60,323 nt of DNA, filler included, from Dirinaria sp. TL-2023a (GCA_051941275.1; 7 parts of 7 records of this genome joined end to end with filler, not necessarily neighbours in it); one strand, 5' to 3'; shown: positions 38,601 through 51,718, counted from the whole stretch's first letter. Notes: generated from the letters alone by a model not told the origin. Program-made: numbers and translations.

Positions 38601-39823
38601 GGCGTTCAGCAAGCGATACTGGTACATGTTTCAAGACGCTTACGAATGTGACGAAGGCCAAAAGTCACCTGGCCTTTCGCATTGACGGTAGCACGCGCAT
38701 GGAACATTCTGTTGCGTACGAAATGGATGGAGCAAGGGCTGTTACAGGCCTTTTTAGGGCTCTGCGTACTATGCTCCTTGGACGCTGTAGTCAAAGACTT
38801 TGTCGCAGCCTTACGATCCAGATTGCTTAGATCTGCCAGGGGTCGAAGTTCCGTCAAGGGGGTTCCTGGCGCAGATTCAGCCAAGACATGAGCGAGCACA
38901 AGTCTGACATTGTACTCTTACCGCTCAACTGATAGAGGTTGCTTTTGCCGTTGGCGACCGCCATAAAGATGCCACACTTCAGAACAAGCTCGAGCATGAT
39001 TTTGTCGCCTGCCTTACCCAGCAACCCTAGTGTATCTATCCATACCGAGCTCTTCAGAGTATTGACATGGCTATTTGGGTAATGCGAGACTACACCGGGG
39101 ATATTACCAATGCCGCATTGCTCATTCAGAGCGTTTTTCTGCGCACCGACCCGCTGATAACCATGACACAACATGTGCGGGGGTCTATGTATGTGGCGAT
39201 ATCTCCTATGGAAAAGGAGCCAGATCGCAAAATCAATGATCTGCGCTTACCTTAGTTAACGACCTTGTTCTATCTTGCTTCCAATGCGAAAGAGAGGGCG
39301 GTAGCTGCGCTTCCAGAGCCACCCTGTTTCGACCGGATACTGAAAGAAGACTTATATTGTGGTCTAAATAAGTTGAACGTACCTCGGATTGTGGTGTGGT
39401 ACCTTCGACTAAGCTGCTGCCAGGTGTCAGAGATGACTGCTGAGAGAAAGCTGCGAAGTCCTGTTGAAGCGATCCATCGTCCTCATAGATGGTATCGCTG
39501 TGAAAGCACACCAATGTTTTGTCCAAAAGCTCAGCAAGACGCTGTCCACTGCCGAGAATTGGCTCTGAGCCATTCTGAGCTGTTCTTGTACCGGCATCCA
39601 CGACCTTTCGAATCCTCGCTTTTGAAGCTGGGCCTGACAGCCGTGACAAAAGATAGGCGCGTAATGTAAGGACATTGGGGTAATATAGACGCAACGTTGG
39701 ATGCTGGATTAATCCGGTGTTGCTGGGGAAGCACGTCCCTGAAGCATCTCTCTTCGCTTTTTTAGCATCTCTGGCAGGTTCAGTCGTGGTCTTCTTCTGA
39801 CTGCGCTTCCTCTTGCGTGCCAT
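35667..39823 (-). CDS. TERT: Telomerase reverse transcriptase, ~1178 aa; exons 39823-39383, 39240-38922, 38865-38644, 38594-38242, 38183-37833, 37786-36460, 36406-36337, 36286-36120, 36063-35955, 35844-35667
   Basis: TEN (NLYQLSG), VFPRQFGLHNVF, T motif FHVTESNVHRNRLFYFRHDVW, motifs 1/2 RLLPKTKGMRPIMNL, A KCDVQACFDTI, B' GIPQGSILSSLLC, C LLRLIDDFL, E FPYCG; spliced length 3537 nt stays in frame. Confidence 0.98.
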
Positions 39824-40026
39824 TGCCTAAAGTCTGATATCTAACACAAGCCACTTGGGCGTTGATTTTGAACTGCAGACTATGAAGCTGTCAACAGAAA
39901 TGAGAGCCCAACGGATCTGAACTTCGGACTTAATGATCCCACCGCTGGGTCTACTTTGTGGTCATCCACAATCCTACTAAAAATGTCTCGCAATTTCAAG
40001 CTACCAACTATGAGACTCGGTCATTC

Positions 40027-40100
40027 ATTATTGACGCCGAAATCATTCTGCGGAATATTTATTATTGACGCGTTTCTTGTAGCGGCGCGTCTCGGCGCGG
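40027..40100. promoter_or_regulatory. MCB-like (ACGCGT/CGCG) cluster upstream of TERT
   Basis: ACGCGT at 40068-40073, GCGCGT at 40085-40090, GGCGCG near 40094; ~250 bp upstream of the TERT ATG; direct repeat ATTATTGACGC at 40027 and 40061. Confidence 0.5.
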
Positions 40101-41173
40101 GTTTTTAGCATTTGCTGAACTCTTGTCGCTTCTTGGCAGTTTTCTTTCCTCTTCATTTTTCCGACGCCATTGTGAAATATAGAATCAGCTTTCGCAATCA
40201 TAATAGCTACTAGAAATTTTGCATTTCTAGAGTGCAGCTTACTTCATCATTTTTCGCAAGTAAGCGAAATGTGTCGCTAGATCTATTGCTACCCCAAATT
40301 TAGGCCCTTCAATGGATATCAATAATGAAGTCTCAGGCTCACTTTCTAACCCCCAGCCTCGGCTTGGGCTGCAGGGAAATCACAGCAAGGAACTAAACCT
40401 CAAGCCGCGATTTCTGAAGGAATAATACGTAATAGTCAGCCATTCTGGTCTCGGGATTTTCTTTTTGCTGTACTAATTAATATATCTCACTCAGTAGTCA
40501 CTCGGCAATTTTCTTGAGTAAAGTAAGGTATGCTGCAGACCATTTCATCACTTGCCGGCGCCACACCAGATCTTCTCCAGATTCAGGAAGATCTTTCCCC
40601 TTTAATCTCTGTTTCAGGTTCGTTTGTGTGATTCAGCTGCATAAGCGCGGACCACTTTCGCTGGGTAATGCTCAGAATGCTGCGGAGTTCCTGGCATGAT
40701 ATAAGAGCGCCAATGAACGCGGTATTTCTGGATCTAAAAATTAGCAGGCACCTGAGTCCCTCTCCTTCTAACACCGAACGCGTGCCTGGTCTGCCTTGCG
40801 GCATCTAGGCATGTATGCAATACGCACGAGGTCGAGGCTGGCCCCTAGGTTTGAAGGCTTGAAGCTCGGCATTATTGGCGGGCGTTGCAATTCGACACCT
40901 TCCTCCTTCGTTCGTGTTGCCCGCCATCTTGAAGACTTTAGGTAATAATTCCAACGACATCGCTGCTCCTGGCCCGCCCACAAGCTGGAGGGTTATCGTA
41001 GGCTTGATGGCCTCGTCTCTACACAGCGTGTGCAGATCCAGTTACTCTGATCTGCAGTTCATCTTATCTCCCGCACGGCGTAGTATGGCGTTTTTAAGTG
41101 TTCAAAAGTTGTCTTCTCTTCCGTGATACCATCCATTCCCTTGGCGATATTCCCATCGCCCACGGCATCTAAG

Positions 41174-42583
41174 ATGCAGTCCTTCTCTCCGTATGCAGTC
41201 CCCGAGAACCAGCGCCCTCAATGGAAGGTCGGAGAGGAGTTAGCAGCAAGTGCTTTCGTTGGCATAACGCTGTTCCTGGTGGTCGAAAACCTTTTCGAAA
41301 TTGTTCGGTTATTTAAGAAACGTCAGGGCTTGTATTTCTGGAGCATGATAGTTGGCACCTGCGGCTGCGCTGTGGATACGTTGGGAATCATTCTGAAATA
41401 TCTTACACCGCATTCAGCAATCTGGGCCTTGTACACCTTGTGTATGCTAGCAGGCTGGTCAATGTACGCGTTGTCGCAACTTTTGGTGCTGTATTCACGA
41501 CTGCATCTGGTGACCCACAATGCAAGGGCCCAGCGGTGTATACTTGTGGTCATACTTTCGACTGTCCTATGGATTATGCTCCCGACTTGGGTCGTGGTCT
41601 GGCCTGCTTATGATACCGACCCTATGGTTTCATCGCTGTGGTCGCCCAGGGACGCTATTGTGGAACGATATACGCAGATCGGCTCTACTCTTGTAGAATG
41701 CGTCGTTTCTGGGGTGTACATTCATTCATTAATTTTGCTTCTCCGTTTTAAGACCAGCGTTCGCCAGCGCCGAGTCCTGCTCGATCTTTTATACGTCAAT
41801 ATATTGGCCATTGCTTTCGACGTCCTCACCATCATCCTGGTCTATCTGAATCAGCTCGGCTCGAGTCATCCCATCCAAACCTTCAGCTACGCGCTTAAGC
41901 TACGCTTGGAGTTCGTTACCCTCAACCAGCTGATGGCCGTCGCCGCACGTGGGCTGAACAGAGAGACATTTGAAGAAAAGCGATACCACCACACGTCCCA
42001 ACAAGATTCCTTCTCCGCTGAGCTGCGCAGATTTGGCGAGGCCTACCCTACATCGTCATCAGACCCAAAAAGCGAGTCGGCAGGGCAAGTAGAGACCCGA
42101 CAGGTTCCGAATCGGGAGGACCCTTCCAAGCAATCCCTCCAGATATCAGTGCCTTCGCCCGTGCTTTCAAGAGGCCACCATCTATCGACGAGCGTTTCAT
42201 CGGATAAAGCACTGCCTCCCCCTCCTCCTCGTCCAGCGCCGCATACTTCACCTAAAGGGGACCTTTCGGAAAAATCATTGCAGCTACCGGAGAGCCCGAT
42301 TCTGAAAGCCGAGGACCCGCCTCCTCATCGTCGACGCATCAAGGCGGCTTTACGCTCTGTACGCCCGCGGTCATGGCGGGATCCAGATAGTACGGAGTCG
42401 AGGCCGCTATCCAGGCACGGAGGAGAGATTGGCGGCCGAGAGCGAGAGCGTCAACCCAGACGCCTGACCTACAACGATGAAGAGGAGGAGCAGGAGGAGG
42501 AGATCGGGCTGCACATGTGGGAGAACCGGGGCAAAGTCATTCTCGAGGTGCCGTGGTTCAAGAATCCCGCCCAAGGTGCCTAG
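41174..42583 (+). CDS. Fungal polytopic (about 7 TM) integral membrane protein with a long disordered C-tail
   Basis: GLYFWSMIVG, LVLYSRLHLV and YALKLRLEFVTLNQL motifs; seven hydrophobic segments; first ATG at 41174. Confidence 0.85.
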   Translation: MQSFSPYAVPENQRPQWKVGEELAASAFVGITLFLVVENLFEIVRLFKKRQGLYFWSMIVGTCGCAVDTLGIILKYLTPHSAIWALYTLCMLAGWSMYALSQLLVLYSRLHLVTHNARAQRCILVVILSTVLWIMLPTWVVVWPAYDTDPMVSSLWSPRDAIVERYTQIGSTLVECVVSGVYIHSLILLLRFKTSVRQRRVLLDLLYVNILAIAFDVLTIILVYLNQLGSSHPIQTFSYALKLRLEFVTLNQLMAVAARGLNRETFEEKRYHHTSQQDSFSAELRRFGEAYPTSSSDPKSESAGQVETRQVPNREDPSKQSLQISVPSPVLSRGHHLSTSVSSDKALPPPPPRPAPHTSPKGDLSEKSLQLPESPILKAEDPPPHRRRIKAALRSVRPRSWRDPDSTESRPLSRHGGEIGGRERERQPRRLTYNDEEEEQEEEIGLHMWENRGKVILEVPWFKNPAQGA

Positions 42584-44213
42584 AAAGAAAATTTCCCCCA
42601 AATCCGGTGGGGTGGCAGCGGATATGGTGTAATACGGCCCCCGGCGCGCGCCCTATATACACTACAAGGTGTGTGCACGGGGTGCGCGATCCGCGATCCG
42701 ATTCGGCTTCATTCATGTACATATCTTATAATTTCAGATAGAGCAGTTAATATTATTGGCATAGAAACTCTTCCGCCCCCCTCTTTCCCAGCCTACATGC
42801 CCCTTTTTGACATCCGGCAAAAAAAAAATCTAGGCACCGAACTATCACCCATGCCCTCAGACAGGCTCTCCTTTCCGAAAAAATTTCTCTGGTAGATTTA
42901 GCATTTTTTTATTTCCCTACTTTCTTTCTGTTGCACGTAGATTGCTTGTTGTTGGTTTTCTTACAGGATCCAACTTACCTATGTCTCCATTTTTCGTTCT
43001 CATTTCTCTTAGGGGAATTGGTTTATGATTCATATCTACTGTCTTTTCTTTTTTGCCTTTTTTTTCTACCTTTTTTTTGGAGGGGGAAAAGCAAGGAGGG
43101 GGNNNNNNNNNNNNNNNNNNNNNNNNNNNNNNNNNNNNNNNNNNNNTTAATTAATTAANNNNNNNNNNNNNNNNNNNNNNNNNNNNNNNNNNNNNNNNNN
43201 NNCCCCATCCCCATCCAACAGCTCCTCGAAAACCGCCACCCCCACCAATAACAAAACCAAAAAGACCCCCAATCCCTAAACCAAGGCCCCATAACACAGC
43301 GCGATTACCCATGCTCTCGTCTGCGCGAGAGAGTCTCCCTAGACAGGGCGCGCAGAGGTATCCGCGTACAAATGTACCGAGACCGAAAGGGCGGTCGGTG
43401 TATGCTGAGGTGATGTTTGCGCCGAGGCAGAGTAGGCATGGGGGGTGGTATTTATGAATAATGGATGGGTATGTTCTTGGGTATCAGTGCGTTGTAATAA
43501 TGAGATCGAGCTCAGGGGGCGCTGATGATAGGAACGACTTCTATCTAAGTTGGTGGAATGGGGATGACTCAAAGTTTTTTCTTTTCTTTTCTTTTTTTGG
43601 GGGCGCTACTGTCGCTTTTTTTACCCCTATTTCCTGTACTGATAGAAGACGCTTTGTTAGAAACTGATGTTTTTAATGACGCATCAAGGATGATGGATTT
43701 GCCAGGAGGATTTGGTTCCTTGAATACAGTACACATAACCATGCGAAGGCGTTGGGTTATAAGCGAAATTTCCCCAATGCCCCTACTCTTTATTTTTAAT
43801 TACTTATTTTTATTTCTTTATCTGGTAAGGTGTGCTCTTTAATGTCTCATATTTGTATTATATCCACTGATTCGCTCTCATGGGGTGCGAATTGTCAAGC
43901 AAAGAAGGCTGAATCAAATGGCGATGGACTGATTCACGGCGAAAGTGCCACTGTCAAATAGACAGATTGTTAAAGCCCAAAACCCTCGAAAAATATATGG
44001 CGGAGGCAATGCTAGATCCATCAAGCCGCAGAAATGTAGGGCGCTGTGGTCGCAGTTCCACCCTTATTCATTACCACCAAAGAAAAAGTCCTTAAAAAAC
44101 CCGGAGTACTCGCCGACTCCATACCAAATTCTAGCACCACAGACCACCGCATAAACCATCCATAAGCCACACCAAAGCAATCAAATCCCATAACACCACT
44201 GATACACACGGCA

Positions 44214-47200
44214 TCAACAAACGATCTCCGCCCAATCATCCACATCCCACTCCTCATCAGCTTCCAGCCCCTCCCTATCCTCAATGAGCTTTTGATGCGG
44301 CGCAAGAACCGGTGACTCCTGCCTCGCTTCTTCTTCACGGTAGGTATCGATCAGGGGTAAACTGTATTCGTGCTTAGGATCGATCGTTAGCAGGCAGTCA
44401 GGAATACCCGCTGGAGCGGGTGCTGGGACCGGATCAGGCGCTTGGTATTTGATTAACGCTTTTGAGGTGTCGATTTCAGATTCTGAGTTAGAGTTTAGAG
44501 GGGTTTGGGGGATCTCGGTTTCGGACTCGTTTGGGGATATTAGAATTTTTGGTCGTTCTTCAGGTGCTGTCTCTTTTTTATTCGACTTATTGGGCCCATT
44601 TGGAGACGGAGCCGGTTGGCGGCTTTGAGCGGGAACGTCTTGGTTGCGAGCTCGATGCATTTCTGCAACAGCCTGAAGGCTGGGTGAGAGCTTCTGCTTC
44701 TCCTCCTCAGTTGGATTTAATAGCTTCGCAATACGGTCTTTTAGGATCTGGTAGTGCTCGAATATCTCTGTACCAGGTAAGAATTCAAGGCGATAGTGCT
44801 CTCCAATTCTATTGATCCAAAGAGCTAGATCTATCCCAAGCGCTCTCAGGTCTTCGGTCGAAGTGCGCGCCTTCTCAAGTGCTTCGCGGGCTTCGATGCG
44901 TGCCGTCTCGCTCGCCCGCCACTGCTGCCACAGACGCTCATTTGTAGGAGGATCACGGCTGGCAAATTGTTTTATTAGACTTTCGACTTGCTCTTCCGCT
45001 GCGATCATTCTTGAGGTATTGCATTCGTGAGCTTCGTTAGCAAGGACTGAACTTTCCTCGTCTCTTGCTCGCGTTTGCTCCATGACCGATATTTTGTGCT
45101 CGAGTTGCTTGTGGCTCTCGTTGAGCTGGGCAAAGCAATTTTGCAGTTGCTGGTAGTCATTTTTCAGCTCGTGCAGAAGCATTTGTAAGCCTGCGTCTCC
45201 TTTCGCGTATAGTAGGGTAGTCATGCTGTTGAGTTGGGCATGGGAATCCTGCAGGACACTTTGGATCTCTTTGTCTTTGGCTGCGAGATCTTCTTCGTGG
45301 CAAGAAATGTCTAATTTCAAACGTTCCAGCTCGCGACTGGTGTTTGAGTTCAAGCAGCCTAGCTCAGCAATCTCGTCACTCTTTCTAGTGCTTTCTGCTT
45401 TTGCAGCCTCGTACCCGGCTCTTAACGAAAGAACTTCCCCGACTATTTCCGACTCTCGGTCCCTGAGTTTGCTGATTTGACTACCTTGGAGACGGTTGTG
45501 ATCGACCACAATCTTGTATCGATCATCAAATGCATCTACACATTCCTGGTCTTTGGTTGTCTCTTTGAACATGGCTAGTAGTTTGTCGTTGGATTGGAAA
45601 AGCAAATCTACCGTACGGGATTTGTTGATTATGATATCCTCCTGCGTGGCTAGTTTCTTCTCGAATGACATATTCTTCCATTCCGCGTTCTCTTGTGATA
45701 TACTGAGCTTGCGCTGAAGCTCAGCGTTGTCGGCAAAGGAGTCTCCATACTGCTGCTCGAGTTTTCGATAAGCTGCGTCTTTCGATTTGAGGTGCTTGTC
45801 TACTTCAGCGGTTTTCGCAGGTTCGTCCTGCATAGTACCCATCAAGATCGATACTTTGTTGTTCTCGACTTCATAATCCATTCTAACTCTTGCCAGCTGT
45901 CTGAGAACCGTGTCTTTGAGTGAAAGAGCTTGATCTAACTCCTTCTCTAATTCAACGCTACGTGACTTTTCATGTGCTAATTTACGTGCTGACTGTTCTA
46001 GTTGAGACTCTGGTAGGACCGCCGCTTCCGTGTTTTGCAGCGAAAGATTCTCTGCGTCTGGTCTCCGTGTCCATCCTCGGTCCGTCATCCACTGATGGAA
46101 GGAAGGCAGGGATGCGTTGCTGACACATCCAGTATCTAAATCAGTAGAGTGCTCTAGTGGATTTGACTTTTTTTGCTTCCGCTCCCTATCTTGGGCCTCT
46201 AATTCGCTTTGAGCTCTTCTCAACTGAGACTCGACTTCGCGCAGACGCTCGAGAGCGTTTTTCTTCTCATCTTGAGCAAGCTGCTTTTGGTCATTGACGC
46301 TCTGGAGCTCAGCTTGGTGGTTCTTCATAATTTCTCTCAATTGCGCCCCATGATTGTATTGGAGGGTTGCAATGGTCTGTTGCTGGTCTCTAATTCTCAC
46401 CTCTGAGAACAATGCTTCGTCTCCCAGCCGCTTTCTGTTTGTGGACTCTGAGTCGTGAGGAATTGCAGAAGCAAATGCACTGTTGTCGACGCAAGCTTGG
46501 TATGATTTCGATGGATTAATCTTGTCATTCTTCGGAGAATCCAACGTTGGTGCGCAGAGCGACTCCTTCTCTACCATCCCGACAGGCGCTGGCACAAAGG
46601 TTGTTGGCGTTGGATTTATGTTCTGGGATAGAGAGTCGCCTTGGTCATTATTTGAGGATGTCTCAGCCCCGGAGGGTGTGTAAGACTCATCTTCAGCTGG
46701 AGCAGCATCTTCTTGGCAACTTGCGTCTGTAGACGAAGTACTCTCAGAGTACTCAGCATCTGTGTGAAAGATACTTTTAGATTGCATTTCCTTTTCCAAA
46801 ATGCAAGATGAGGGGGCACGATTGGAAGCGGCTTTATGCTTGTCGACCGACACAGAAGAATTTGATTGATCGATTTCTTGGGGTATCTCAACATATGGCT
46901 GTAAAGCTGGACCTTCTTGATGTTTTGGCTTATCAAGGGTGACTAGTTTGCTGTGCTCCTTAGGCTTCATCTCTGCAGTCTCACCTTGCAGCTGATGAAT
47001 GTGATTATTGATACTGCTCTGAGTGCTGAAAGCTTCTGAAGCTAGCCCTGGTATGTCTGCAGACTCAGTGGGACTTGGAGTGATCTGGTGGCCGGTGACT
47101 CGCTGCGCTATATCCGGACTCTTGCTAGATTTCTTTCTCCCTACAAACTTCAGCCATAGCGACTTGACTCCCTTCTTGATATTCTTTGTGGGAGGCTAGA

Positions 47201-47331
47201 CATGCGTCAATTACCTCGCGGTCTGAAGTGGGTGGAGCGCGACTTACCGTGGCCTGGGAGGATTGGAAGGTGCTCGTGGATGCGTTGGTAGCTTTTGGCT
47301 TCGGCTTCAGCTTTTGGAGGCGTCGAGTCAT
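44214..47331 (-). CDS. Long coiled-coil protein (~1021 aa), unknown function; intron 47247-47196
   Basis: A 52-nt GTAAGT...TTGAC...TAG intron joins the 47331 ATG exon in frame to the 918-aa ORF; extensive E/Q/K/L heptad-like sequence. Confidence 0.8.
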
Positions 47332-48483
47332 AGCGATAGTCTCGCAGGGAATTCAAGCAATTATTGGCGACGAATTACGATGTATCAGTAGCTCAGAATA
47401 CTGTGTACAAGCCAGTGTCCGACATGTAAGCGAGAGCTGGTTTGGAAGAACCCGAAAAGTGGCAATTGAAAGAAGGTAATGGGGCATTTGCTTCGAGTTA
47501 CTCGAATGCGTGTCTGAATGTTTGTGTTTTAGACAGCAACATTTGACTCGCGGCTCGGTGTCAACAGAGTGTGTTGACATCGCGTGTTTTGACACTCGAC
47601 TCCTCTACTCCCACCTTTGACTCTTTGATGTTTTGTTATCGTAGCGCTGAAAACCTACCAGGCTGCCTGCGCTCCGTTATGAGATACAACATCGACCTTC
47701 TCATGTGTCGTCTGGGAGATTTGCAAACGTATTCAGCACATGTCTTTAGATATTGGCCGGATACCTCAGGCATGGCTGCAAAGATCACAAATTTTATATA
47801 GTAATATTAGTTCATGGTAAATCGGATCAGCCTTGTGAAGCGGCTCTGGGTCGTATTCGAGATCTCGATGGATTTCGAGATGGCTGGCATTATACGGAGC
47901 TGACCGTTGACAAAAGACATTCATAAATCAGCCGCCAGAAGAATTAGACGTATTAATGAATTCATTTCAAATACGGTTCGACACTTTGACCAGGCGCGAG
48001 GATCTATCACTAATGTGATGATTATGCACAAGCAGATCTTCTTGATACCTATGAGAGCAACTACGTGAGCATTACCCTAGTGTTCGATGTGAATTCTTCA
48101 ACCGCTTACATGTGTCATATCACAGCTCATGATGAACCTCGTTCTTGGTGCAGGCTTGTTTTCGATACTCAATGGCAACCACAACGATATTCTTGCCTTC
48201 TCCAGCCTGTTTGGCACGTCAGCGAAGATGCAAGGAGAACAAAGTTAGGAACATTGACTTCTCATAGGTTCAAAGCATTTACGAGTCTTGCGATACAAAT
48301 CAACATCTGAATACTAAATTGCTTTTGCTTAGTGAAAGAATCTTGCTAGCTACCTTCACAAGTGGGCAGAAGAAAGTAAGATCAAATCGTAAACTTTAAC
48401 GCCAGAGACTCTTTTTAGGACTCATTCCTCGTCTTTTGACAGGCCATTTTCTCCCATTTCTTGGCTAGGTTGAACGGGATATC

Positions 48484-48932
48484 TTAAGCAAACGCCATCG
48501 AGATCAACAAGATGGTCAGCGTTACCAGCTCATATTTCATCATGTTGCTCCATGGAGCACCTAGACTCCAAAAAAATATTGTAGCCACTATGCGTGAAGC
48601 CACGGAGAACCAGTAAACCATCCAGTTGTCTTGCAGGGCTCCCATAAGATCATATCCGTTGATGAGCACGAGCAGGAACGCTAGTAATCAAGCTTAGCCT
48701 CACTCTAGCTTTTATTGAGCATGGGAGCTTTCATGACTCCACATGTTTTCATAAGAAGAGATTTTCTGTTGTTCTTGGGGAGCGTACCAATCATTTTTGC
48801 AGCTGGTCCATTCTTGAGCTGATAGTCCTTCATGAGTCCGGAAGGATCATAGATATAGGGGCCTTGCATAATGATTGTGAGGATTGCCATAAGGCCAAGG
48901 GCCCAACCAGGAGGCGACAACTCTGGAATCAT
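48484..48932 (-). CDS. Small (113 aa) membrane protein with about 4 TM segments; intron 48787-48681
   Basis: Two hydrophobic ORFs are joined in frame by a GTACGC...GCTAAG...TAG intron. Confidence 0.75.
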
Positions 48933-49268
48933 TGCTGGTTCGAAGAGTGGATTTGAGTTGATAATGAGGGAGATTTTGAAGGGAGGGTGTAAATCTACGT
49001 CAGATAGCGCGAGGTGATTCGAAAGTAAGGGGAATGGGGTTAGGGGGTCTGGGTGTCCCCTGAGGACTAAATAAGGTATTGCTGTGCCACATGCTTACGT
49101 GATCAGTTTCCGATAAAGGGAGATGTGATTAAGGTACCTGTGCATAATACATATAGCACGCATAAGTTTCCATGGCTGCTACTCCATAGTGATTCTCTAA
49201 CCCTTCAAAAGGCTTGAGTCTATGAAAGCCTAGCTTAGAAATCTGAGATTTAGATGGACGTGCCATAG

Positions 49269-50319
49269 CTACTGGTCGACATTCGTTGACAACATATCAC
49301 CAACGAGCCTCCATATCCTCCTGCGATTACGCAGTCCTAAAGGTAAACCCTTGACAGCACTGCCAGCTTCAAAGATATCTGGTTGGGCTAATTTCCTGAC
49401 GAATAGCTCCCAATTCCATTCCCTGCCCCTGGGCTTGGATCTCTCTTTCGTGCGCATCATTTCATGGTCCAGGTCCCACAACCAAGGCAACAGTGGATGT
49501 TGAATCAAAGCCTCTAGCTATTGAGCTGGCGTGTTAAGGAAGCGGCACTGTAACGAAGGTCCGTGAGACCAGTTCAGCTGCTCCGTGATTGACGTGAAAT
49601 CAGAGGGCATCGCTTCACCTTTCCCTTCAGTTAACTAGGGGAATCCATTTCGTGCATTAATTCGAGATGAGACAAAAGCTCCTCGTTCACGCATGGGACT
49701 CTCACAGGATCAGCTTCGAACATCTATCGAGGAATGTTAGATCCCGGGAACTTCAGCTCTAAGGTACATACTTACCTGGGTCTCTTCGTCCGATCTCCAA
49801 ATCAATTCTTGAAATTGCCAAAGATCCCCGTATACATTAGCGTTCATCAGGTTTGTGACTGGCTGACTCTTATTGTTGTCCTCAATGGCTGCTTTCCACT
49901 GTGTTTTGAGGACTGTCCAAACATGCTGCATTGACCGGTTTGTTGCGGTATTCGTACCGTGGATTGAAGTTGCAATTTTTGTAATCTTCAAGCATTCAGC
50001 ATGGCATGGAATGTATATGGCTGGGTCCATGTCTGAAAAAGTGGGAACGTTGCAGGCAGTAATCTTATCTGTGCCTGTAACCCCATTTGTGCGGTCGACC
50101 ATGAAGATTGGGCCACACTTTAAAGTCGCCGGTAGCTCGACTATCTCTGGTCCCTCCTGTTCCTGATCCTTCGCATACAGCAAGATGGCATTACCCAGCC
50201 AGCTTTGCCCCACAGCCTATACTCGAGTACTTAGCAACATGGGGTAACTCGGACCGGGTATACGATACCTGATCTTGTGGTAGTATAGGACCTCCACAAA
50301 TGCAGCAGTACATGGTCAT
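49269..50319 (-). pseudogene. Disrupted member of the fungal family with N-terminal CxxCGGP and C-terminal LRNRRRIW motifs (often F-box-associated)
   Basis: MYCCICGGP, IPCHAECL, FEADP, LPWLWDL, WNWE, LPLGLRNRRRIW; premature TAA at 49631-49633 and TAG at 49518-49520. Confidence 0.7.
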
Positions 50320-51397
50320 TTCATTTATGAACGTCATCCTGTCGTCTACACTTTTGTATTCCGAGCCAACAAGGAGGAGACAGCTCCAAAAGAGACCTTG
50401 TGTTAGGTCATGCTAGGCATGCGGCATCAGTTGCCCCGTATCAGCTGCCTAGTCGAGTGGGACTTCCTTCCCAGTATATGTGTTACATAAAGCAGCCCTT
50501 CCATGGATAATTCACTCAGGAATGTGTCAATCGTGGGTTAAGCATATGTTGTTCATTGCAACAGATAATTGGCGATAACGAGTTTGGAGAGTCCCAGTGT
50601 TTCTACTTGTCATTCACATGATAGCGCAGAATGTATCAGTGAACATGCAGCAAAAAAAACAGGCGTGTGAGCAGACAAGGGGGGCAGGCATGAGAACGAT
50701 GATAAGAGTGAGAAGATTGGGAGGACTGAAGGATTTGTTAGCAATTGCCATAAGGTAACGGAGGAGTTGAGCAGCATACATGAATAGTACTCCTCCCTGT
50801 TCTCAGGGTTGGGCGGTGTTGCTTTAGGCTTGGCACACTTAAATCTTCCTAGCAACTGCGACTCCATAGATTCCAGTGTGGCAGTCTGACAGATGATACG
50901 GAGTATAATTCATCATAAAGAGTTTCCGCGATGAGATCCATACGGAGTATTGGTTGTTCGCCCCTGTCTTCAAGTGGCATAATGCATCCATGGGTCCTTG
51001 TGTTCGATGAACGAGGAACGACGCCCAGCCAATCCCCTGCCACCCATTTCCAGGAACAGCCATTACCAGCCACCATTGACCAACCATGGCAATAACTGAA
51101 GAACCGCTGCCACCTCAATTGATTGTTATTTGGTTCAACAGATGTCTCTTTGCTTGCTCTTTCCTATACTTTGCATCTCCCTCTCATTGTTGTTGGAAGC
51201 TGTCGCATTATTGAGGCACTGCCTGGCTGCACACTACAGATTGCCACGTGGCTGTACTTATCGATAACGGAGCCTGGCTAATCAATACCCCGCAAGAACG
51301 CGCCCCGCTACCAACCGCCTTGTCTGGGCCGCACTTGCTTCATTCCTTCAATTTCCTTTTCCGTGCGAGCTCCGTGTCTAGTGTCGAGTGTCTCGTC

Positions 51398-51718
51398 ATG
51401 CTCGATCTCTTCAAGAAAACTCCAAAGACACATTCTCACCATGAGTCTAATATTCAGTTGAGAACAACCACTTTCAACAGCTCCCCGCAGAGCTCTTTGG
51501 AGGATGATCTTACCTATGCGTCAATCTTAGAACCTCCTCAAGCGCATTGTGGTTTGTTTGATCAGAGCACCCCTGAACGGCCCACATTGGCGCATCAGCG
51601 GGAGTTTTCAAAGACCAAAGGACCAGCACTTGCCCTACCATCTGTCCCTTCCAGGGAGAGCAATCTGTGTTCCGCAGCTGCTAGCGACCCTCAAGCATCA
51701 CCCATCGAGGACTCCGCC
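51398..51718 (+). CDS. N-terminus of an unknown protein; 3'-partial
   Basis: GTCATG start after a CT-rich leader; frame stays open to the contig end. Confidence 0.5.

Noticed and set aside
47196..47214. Apparent 19-nt micro-intron GTAATT...TAG
   Set aside because: An upstream GTAAGT donor gives a normal 52-nt intron in the same phase.
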